Of a stretch of 64,000 nt of DNA, positions 57,533 through 64,000 are shown in pieces (positions within the stretch are counted from its first letter, which is position 1; each line of letters opens with the position of its first letter). This DNA is from Candidatus Bathyarchaeia archaeon (GTDB lineage: Archaea > Thermoproteota > Bathyarchaeia > 40CM-2-53-6), in NCBI GenBank assembly GCA_035656295.1, contig DASRSU010000008.1, forward strand, positions 983,420-1,047,419. The letters are read 5' to 3'. A program made the position numbers and the translations under genes. Below the pieces are notes generated by a model, which saw nothing but the letters and a program-made list of their open reading frames with translations, did not search any database and was not told where the DNA came from.

Positions 57533-57907
57533 GTGGCCTACCGAGTAAACCGGCTCGAGGAAGCAGGCATCATACGAGAATACACAACGCTGGTGGACTT
57601 TTCCAAACTCGGCCTCTCAGAACAGGTCATAGTGGCCGCGAACTTTCCACCGAACACGTCACGAGACGATATTCTGAAACAAATCTGCGACATTCCAGAG
57701 ACGGTTAACGTGATCAGTTCTTTGGGAACACCGGAGGGTCTTGTCTTCATTGTAGCACGCAACAAGGAGGACGTTAACGCTGTACTGTCGAAACTGCGAT
57801 CGATGAACTTGGCAATCGACTTCGCATCCTCAGTAATCCGGACCTATGACGAAGGTCGTCTAGGCACGTTCCTGAGGGCCATGGCGGGTACGGACCCGAG
57901 GTTCTAG
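57533..57907 (+). CDS. lrp: Lrp/AsnC-family transcription regulator
   Basis: RAM domain after the ATG at 57533. The HTH (LDGTDLRILAELVENSKQSYVEIGRKLALHPNVVAYRVNRLEEAGII) lies in frame upstream from 57413 with no canonical start. Confidence 0.8.
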   Translation: MAYRVNRLEEAGIIREYTTLVDFSKLGLSEQVIVAANFPPNTSRDDILKQICDIPETVNVISSLGTPEGLVFIVARNKEDVNAVLSKLRSMNLAIDFASSVIRTYDEGRLGTFLRAMAGTDPRF

Positions 57908-57914
57908 TTGAACA

Positions 57915-58379
57915 TTGGAAAGGCCCGCATGGATGATTATCATATTGTCCGCTTTGGCCCCGACAGATATCGCCGATTGGGTCGCGATTGCCGTGCTAGC
58001 CCTTGCATCCATGGAATCCATAGTCGCTGGTTTCGCGCTTGACCTGTTGAAACCGGGGAATTGGATCCTATTTATGATAATTCCTCTAGTTAGTTTGCTT
58101 GCGTCTTTGTCGAACGGTTCGCAGAGAGAAAGGGAAGAGCTGGCGTTCGTTGCCTACGGTAGTCGTCGAGGACATATTCACTTTCGATACTTTCTCAAAG
58201 GAGTCATTATTTCCGTGATAGGTATTTTTCCAGTTCTAGCCGCACAGGTTCTTCTTTCGAACGCGTCGAGCGGGTTGGTGGTAGCGGCGGTAGCCTCTGT
58301 CGGTGCCGGCTTCTTCTATTCAATTCCGAGCTTTCGTCGTCTGGGATCAGGTCACTTCGTAGGACGGTACAAGAGATAG
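57915..58379 (+). CDS. hypothetical integral membrane protein
   Basis: Four hydrophobic helices. Confidence 0.4.
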   Translation: MERPAWMIIILSALAPTDIADWVAIAVLALASMESIVAGFALDLLKPGNWILFMIIPLVSLLASLSNGSQREREELAFVAYGSRRGHIHFRYFLKGVIISVIGIFPVLAAQVLLSNASSGLVVAAVASVGAGFFYSIPSFRRLGSGHFVGRYKR

Positions 58380-59069
58380 TTGACACATCTGCTCAGCGCC
58401 CACTCTTTGCAAGTAGAATATCTCACCAACCAAGGCTGCCTGAGACTATACGATAACGGAATCTCGTTTGAGATGCAAACAGGCGATTTCCTGGCTGTTC
58501 TAGGTGGTTCAGGTTGGGGAAAATCGACACTGGTCAACGTAGTTCTAGGGCTTGAGAGGCCAACTAGCGGCACGTTACACTTGAAGGCGAGAGACGTCAC
58601 GGCCAGTTCGTTCGTGAAAAGGTGTGCGCTGACAAAGATTGCTGCTGTGTTCCAGAGACCTACGAGCCTGTCTGGAATGACTGTTTTGCAGAATTTGCGG
58701 TTAGCACTGTCTCTGGCAGGAATTCCTAGAAAGGAACGAGAAGGTCGAATCCGTGAGTCTCTTGGATTCTTCGGGCTGGAAGGGATCTGGAATAATTATC
58801 CGGAGCATCTTAGTGCTGGACAGAGGCGTAGGATAGATCTTGCTAGGGCGGTCGCTATCCGACCCGAATTATTGGTTCTCGACGAGCCGACTTGCGATCT
58901 TGACTCATCAGCTACGAACCTTGTGATGCCTCTGCTGAGAGGATTGAACAAGGAACATGGAACCTCTATCTTCATGACCACGGCAATTCCTCGACAAGCA
59001 ACTTCTGCTACGCGATCATTTCATTTGACACCCCCGACATTGCTGACTTCTGCGAATAGGACGGCTTGA
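58380..59069 (+). CDS. ABC transporter ATP-binding protein
   Basis: Walker A GGSGWGKST, signature LSAGQRRR, Walker B LLVLDEPT. TTG start abuts the preceding membrane protein. Confidence 0.7.
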   Translation: MTHLLSAHSLQVEYLTNQGCLRLYDNGISFEMQTGDFLAVLGGSGWGKSTLVNVVLGLERPTSGTLHLKARDVTASSFVKRCALTKIAAVFQRPTSLSGMTVLQNLRLALSLAGIPRKEREGRIRESLGFFGLEGIWNNYPEHLSAGQRRRIDLARAVAIRPELLVLDEPTCDLDSSATNLVMPLLRGLNKEHGTSIFMTTAIPRQATSATRSFHLTPPTLLTSANRTA

Positions 59070-59076
59070 GCGGGGG

Positions 59077-59691
59077 TTGTGCTTGTTCGAGCAGAACTCG
59101 TCAGTTCTCGAAAAGATCCGGGAAGCGGTGAAGCCTACTCCGATCAAGCAGCGCATAGACCATGCAACCTTCCGGTTACGAACCCAATCTAACAAGCTGC
59201 AAAGGTCAATTGACCAGATGGAGTCTCGAGAATCTACAATCCACGAGAAATGCGTCAAAGCATTAGAGGCTAGAGATACTCAGACTGCCACAGTTTTCGC
59301 GAACGAGTGTGTAGAAGTCAGGAAGCTGTTGAAGACCTCTGTCAAAAGCCAGATTTGCCTAGAACAGGCGGTTTTGAGGCTTGAAACGATAGAACAGTTC
59401 GGCGACATGGCACACGGCATGAGCATGGTGAAAGGGATTCTCGGAAGCATCAGAGGAGAACTTGCTGGCAAGCTTCCAGAAATCTCAACGGGGATAGGGG
59501 ACGTCGAGGATTCTCTTGAGAGGCTCACCGGTGAGATTGGCCAGACTATCGATGCCGAGGGTGTCTCCATTCCGTCAAACGATGAGTCGGCACGAATCCT
59601 GAGAGAAGCGGATCTAGTCGCGGAACAGAAGATGAAAGAAAAATTCCCGGAAATTCCAAACACTACTGCTGGTGCAAACAAACTCAGGTAG
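59077..59691 (+). CDS. cdvB: CdvB paralog 3
   Basis: FANECVEVRKLLKTSVKSQICLEQAVLRLETIEQFGD is conserved with paralogs 1 and 2. Confidence 0.8.
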   Translation: MCLFEQNSSVLEKIREAVKPTPIKQRIDHATFRLRTQSNKLQRSIDQMESRESTIHEKCVKALEARDTQTATVFANECVEVRKLLKTSVKSQICLEQAVLRLETIEQFGDMAHGMSMVKGILGSIRGELAGKLPEISTGIGDVEDSLERLTGEIGQTIDAEGVSIPSNDESARILREADLVAEQKMKEKFPEIPNTTAGANKLR

Positions 59692-59701
59692 ATGAAGACT
59701 A

Positions 59702-60325
59702 ATGATCTCAACAGAACTGGAGGTAAAGGCACTTCTCGGAAGAAGAGTCACTGACAATTACGGCAGAAGTATCGGACGGATCATCGCGATTGATCGAAAT
59801 GCATTCGGTGAGATGGAAGGGGTCCAGGTTGAAGCGGCGGCAGGACAGATAGTCGAGGCCAAAGCAACCCAGCTCGCCGTAACACCTAGTACCGTCAAAC
59901 TTACCGCTGACTGGAAGGTCCAGGTTGACCTGTTGGTCTCGGAATTGTCGCTGATGCGGAAACGAGTGCTAGCACTCGGGTCCTTGAAGGATTCAAAGGA
60001 TATCGACTTGGAAATCTACGAGGAACTCCTAACAGCTCAGAGGGCGGGCTATGCGGACAAGCTCGCCATAGGAAGACAGCTGGTGGAACTGATGAAACAG
60101 AGACTACGCGACGTTACTGGACAAGTTGGATCCTTGACGAGGCATCTTGCAACTGCAAAACTCGACCACAAAAGCGGCGTCCTAGACGAGCAGTCGTTGA
60201 GAATCACTGAGGACTCGATCCAACCCACACTAGCGCCATTGATCGCGGAAAAGACGGATCTTACAAAGTCACTACGAGAACTTGAACCCGTCCTGGCGGA
60301 CCAACACGTGTCCCTCTCGCGTTAG
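59702..60325 (+). CDS. cdvA: CdvA-like paralog 2 (PRC barrel plus coiled coil)
   Basis: LLGRRVTDNYGRSIGRIIAI PRC-barrel-like N-terminus and coiled coil; same architecture as 54683..55399. Confidence 0.7.
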   Translation: MISTELEVKALLGRRVTDNYGRSIGRIIAIDRNAFGEMEGVQVEAAAGQIVEAKATQLAVTPSTVKLTADWKVQVDLLVSELSLMRKRVLALGSLKDSKDIDLEIYEELLTAQRAGYADKLAIGRQLVELMKQRLRDVTGQVGSLTRHLATAKLDHKSGVLDEQSLRITEDSIQPTLAPLIAEKTDLTKSLRELEPVLADQHVSLSR

Positions 60326-61199
60326 ACATTGCTCAATTTCTTACACGAGATCGTGTCGTAGTCAAATCTCGTTTTTCACGAGAGCTCCTTCCAAGATCTC
60401 TTCGGCCCTCCCGGAACAGGAAAAATCGTGTCCGAACACCCACGAAAACACCGTTGCACGCACAAGGAATTAGGCCCCATGCGCATTCATGCTCGAATAA
60501 AGCCAGCTTGAGGCAGAGAAATCACATTTTCAAATTTTCACAAAAAATAAGGTTTCTTTTTTCTAGGGCCCGGGGGTAGCCCAGTCGCGCGCGCGAGCCC
60601 GAACGAAAAACACGTGAAAAAACCATGATTTCCCTTGAGCCCGCACGGGTTCATACTCGACCAGAATAAGCACCTAGAAGAACCAGCAGTGCACACTCCT
60701 CATATCCTCTAGCAGTTCCAGCACAATCCCGGATTCAAAATGCTTCCCGTAGAATCGCCCAGAACAAGCCCTGACCAAGGAATAAAGCACGCGATTCCCT
60801 ACCTGCACGCCCTCACGCTTGAATCTGCATTAAGTCGGGTAGTCAACACTACTGACTAACAGCGACTTTACGGCTAGAATCCCGCAAATCGCGTATGATC
60901 AGCCCGTCCAGCGAGGGAGCTCAAAAGAGAAAATTCTAGCAAGAGGAGGACTCTTCGCAAGCCAATTATCAGACCATGCTATAGCTTGGGCAAGGGCGAG
61001 CGCGACACGCCCGCCTCGAGAGAGCCGGGCTGAGGGAAGACACTTTGATCTTCACAGTGAGGCTTGGGTGTTAGTGCCGCGGGCGACAGGGACCATAAAG
61101 GTTCCAAACGCGAACCTCGCCCCCTCAAAAACCATCCAGGCCCAAACGTACAATCTTATTATTCCAACACTAGGAAACGTCCGACCATAGGAGGAGCCA

Positions 61200-62313
61200 A
61201 TGGACCCGGCCGAACGCATCGAACTCATAACACGTGGAACAATCGAGATCATCCAGAGACAAGAACTAGAACAACTGCTCGCCAAGACCAGGAAGCCCCG
61301 CGCGTACTGGGGCTTCGAACCCTCCGGAAAGCAGACAAGAACAATGCCTGCACGGAATGATGCACATCGGACAAGGACTAGTATGCGGCAACAAGATCAA
61401 GGACCTCATCCAAGCCGGCTTCCACTTCACAATCTTGCTAGCCGACTGGCACGCCATGATCAACAACAAATACAATGGCGACATGGACAAGATACACACA
61501 ACCGGCGAATACTTCATCCACTGCTTCACAGCCCTCGGAATCCCGCGAAATAACGTCGAATACATCTGGGCATCCGAACTAGCGGCAGAAAGCGAATACT
61601 GGAACCGAGTCCTCAAAATAGCCAAAGTCACAACAACCAACCGAGTCATGAGAGCATTACCCATACTCGGACGAGAACTAAAGACCCAGGACACAGACGC
61701 CGCCAGCATCTTCTACCCATGCATGCAAGCAGCCGACATCTTCCAGATGCAACTGGACCTCGCATGCGCCGGAATCGACCAACGAAAAGCACACATCCTA
61801 GCCCGTGAAGCAGGCGAACGACTCGGATGGGGCAAACCAGTAAGCCTCCACATCCCACTCCTGATGGGACTCGGCGGAGCGCAGGGCTTTGAGAAGGCGA
61901 GCTTCGACGAAGACCCCAAATTGAGCCAAGTAATCGCCGCCAAAATGTCGAAAAGTAAGCCCGAAGACAATATCCTCATTCACGACACCCCCGAACAAAT
62001 AGCGGACAAGATGCGCAAAGCCTACTGCCCTCCACGAATTGTCGAAGGAAACCCAGTCCTTGACTATTGCCGCCTCCTAATCTTCCCAAGAGAAGAGCCA
62101 CTCATACTGGAACGCGACAAGAAATACGGAGGAAACCTAGAATTCAACAAGTACGAGGAGCTAAAACAAGCCTATGTCGCAGGCAGCGTCCATCCAGAGG
62201 ATCTGAAAAGGAACGTGTCCCGAATTTTATCGGAGAGACTCAGCTCCGTCAGGGAATACTTCAAGAAAAATCCAACACCCCTCCAAGAGATGCGCAAAAT
62301 CAACGCCTCGTGA
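61200..62313 (+). CDS. tyrS: tyrosyl-tRNA synthetase, apparent frameshift near 61330-61360
   Basis: The N-terminal part (AYWGFEPSGK) is in one frame and the rest (MHIGQGLV...KMSKS...) in another. The two parts are separated by a 25-nt segment that does not align, leaving them out of frame by one nucleotide. Confidence 0.75.
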
Positions 62314-62320
62314 AAAGCAA

Positions 62321-62809
62321 TTGCAGGTGCCAAAGAGACTTCGGGATCGGGCTCGGCTCCGAAACCCGAGGATTGACTACTACGCTTGGAAGATGGAGCA
62401 AACCCAAGAAGTGCTGCAACAGCTCCTCAGCGAATCAGAGGCAGGAGTGCCCATAGTTGTTGAGGGACGTCGTGACGAAGCTGCACTGCGAAAACTAGGA
62501 ATCAACGGCATAATCCATTGTCTCAAAGCTCGGGGAGAATCCAGGTTTGAGTTTCTCGAGAGGTTAGACGGTTCAGACGAGGCAATACTATTGACCGACT
62601 TTGACAGGGAGGGTAGGGAGTTGACAGAGTGGTTGCACAACGAACTGTCTCGCCGAGGTGTGAGAAGTGATTTTACACTATGGCGAAGGATTAGATCACT
62701 CGCAAGGACAGAAGTTCATGCAGTCGAAGAGCTTCCCAGTTTCATCCGGGCACTAGAAGCAAGGTCCCAGGGCCTTAGACAAGTCGACCCACAGCATCCC
62801 AGAAGGTAG
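62321..62809 (+). CDS. small Toprim-domain protein
   Basis: Toprim-like acidic motifs (VVEGRRDEAAL...LLTDFDREGRE). Confidence 0.5.
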   Translation: MQVPKRLRDRARLRNPRIDYYAWKMEQTQEVLQQLLSESEAGVPIVVEGRRDEAALRKLGINGIIHCLKARGESRFEFLERLDGSDEAILLTDFDREGRELTEWLHNELSRRGVRSDFTLWRRIRSLARTEVHAVEELPSFIRALEARSQGLRQVDPQHPRR

Positions 62810-63748
62810 GTCCACACACCGTTCAATTTCGTCTCGCCCATCCTATACAAATCTTCTCAAGCGGCAAACCATGTCGTGGCAATGGCCCTATGCTCGTTAA
62901 TCCAATTACACTTCCAGCGTCACACCGTCCGGACATATATCGTTCCGTACATGAGACCCGTGGGAATCCCTGTTAAGCCGGACATATCTCAAGAATTATT
63001 CAAAACCGGGCCTGCGTCTAAGATATCAGTGATACCGCTCTGGCACTAGACGGACGCCGCAGCCATGACGGCGTCAAGTTTCGACTAGCTTCTAGTTCCT
63101 GCCGTTTTTCGACCGAGAACTCTTCAAAGGTCTACCGTTGTGGTGGAAGTAATCACGGAGGACCTGTTCGAAGAAAATTGATAATCCGCCGACGCGACCG
63201 TGGTAGACTTTCTCAACCTCGTTTCGCACCATGTTCTCCGCTTGGTCACTAAGAGATATCATCAGTTTGCCCATAATTTCCTCGCCCTTGCTTTGAGAGA
63301 ACTGACACGTTCATGCTTATTGACGAAAACGCTTCAATCCAATATTTCCATCTCATAGGATATCTACAGCTGCGTGCGAGTTATCCGGGGATATCGCGGG
63401 TATACTATACTCGTTTCCAAGCTAGAACATGTGTATCCTGTATAAATGTAGGAATAACAGCGCAAAAGCCTTGGAAAGTAAAGTAGACTTTACTCTTTAC
63501 TCGGAAAAGAATGAACGGCCCGCTGCACCCCCGACCTAAGAAGCTACAATTTCAAGAAAACGAAAGCTACGCAACCTCTTCCACGAGCGGAAGAAAGCGG
63601 CAGGATTCTAAGATGATAAATAGGATCGGACCAGAACGCGCCCGCACATAGCTGGTCATACGCACTGGATCTCGCTAACTGGTCGGTACTCGCAGTCACA
63701 ATAGTTTTCCTCGCATACTTCTCGTATGCTACGCCGATTGTTCTCGTC

Positions 63749-64000
63749 GGAGCCTTGAGATATCGCAAGAACGGGTTCGGAGATCGACCCGGCCCCGACT
63801 GGGACCCGCCCAATGTCTCGATCATAGTCCCGGTCAAAAACGAGGAAAAAGTAATCGGCCGACTCCTAGACGCCATTGCGAAGCTAGATTACCCTACAGA
63901 AAACCTGGAGTTGATCGTTGTGGAAGATCAGTCCAAAGATCGGACTCTGGAAATCTGCCAATCTTACGCCCACAAATTTCCTTGGATGAAAGTGTTTCAC
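63749..64000 (+). CDS. family 2 glycosyltransferase (5' partial, runs off the window)
   Basis: VSIIVPVKNEE...LELIVVEDQSKDRT is a classic GT2 N-terminal motif. The preceding TM helix is in frame, so the true start may be upstream. Confidence 0.55.

Noticed and set aside
60880-61120. RNase P RNA or SRP RNA in the long noncoding region
   Set aside because: Weak partial matches only (AGAGCCGGGCUGA and ACAGUGAGGCUUG), lying too close together to form P4. No convincing conserved-region set.
63749-64000. GT2 gene as another missing-start case
   Set aside because: An in-frame TTG at 63749 gives a normal-length leader before the VSIIVPVKNEE motif, so no anomaly is required.

Overview
This 64-kb window looks like an archaeal chromosome, most likely from a Thaumarchaeota (Nitrososphaerota) genome with about 50% GC. 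That call rests on CdvA (PRC barrel), CdvB and CdvC, archaeal histone, thermosome, Alba, LSm, RtcB with archease, archaeosine TGT, archaeal-type SAM synthetase and the ribosomal protein set uL3-uL4-uL23-uL2-uS19, eL38 and eS17. Housekeeping genes dominate: cysS, valS, tyrS, aRF1, pyrH, the bifunctional PGI/PMI, a crotonase and others. Three accessory regions stand out. (1) A ~12.8-kb integrated element (36971-49789) sits in the 3' end of a tRNA gene. It is bounded by a perfect 20-bp direct repeat and carries a tyrosine integrase, an SF3-like P-loop NTPase, multi-HTH and RHH/AbrB regulators, paralogous A/G-rich membrane proteins, a LAGLIDADG-like ORF and repeated sequence motifs, so it is a candidate thaumarchaeal provirus or integrative element. 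(2) A 1.4-kb tRNA-flanked islet carries only an LD-carboxypeptidase/MccF-like peptidase. (3) A compact cell-division supercluster (53993-60325) holds three cdvB and two cdvA paralogs plus cdvC, lrp and an ABC ATPase; five consecutive genes there share one reading frame and are separated only by single stop codons. Several conserved genes (S19, aRF1, cdvB2, cdvC MIT domain, Lrp) have their conserved N-termini upstream of the first ATG/GTG/TTG. tyrS carries an apparent frameshift. The four tRNA-like loci are all longer than a canonical tRNA and probably contain introns. All calls come from reading the sequence and ORF translations by eye; no database search or structure prediction was run.
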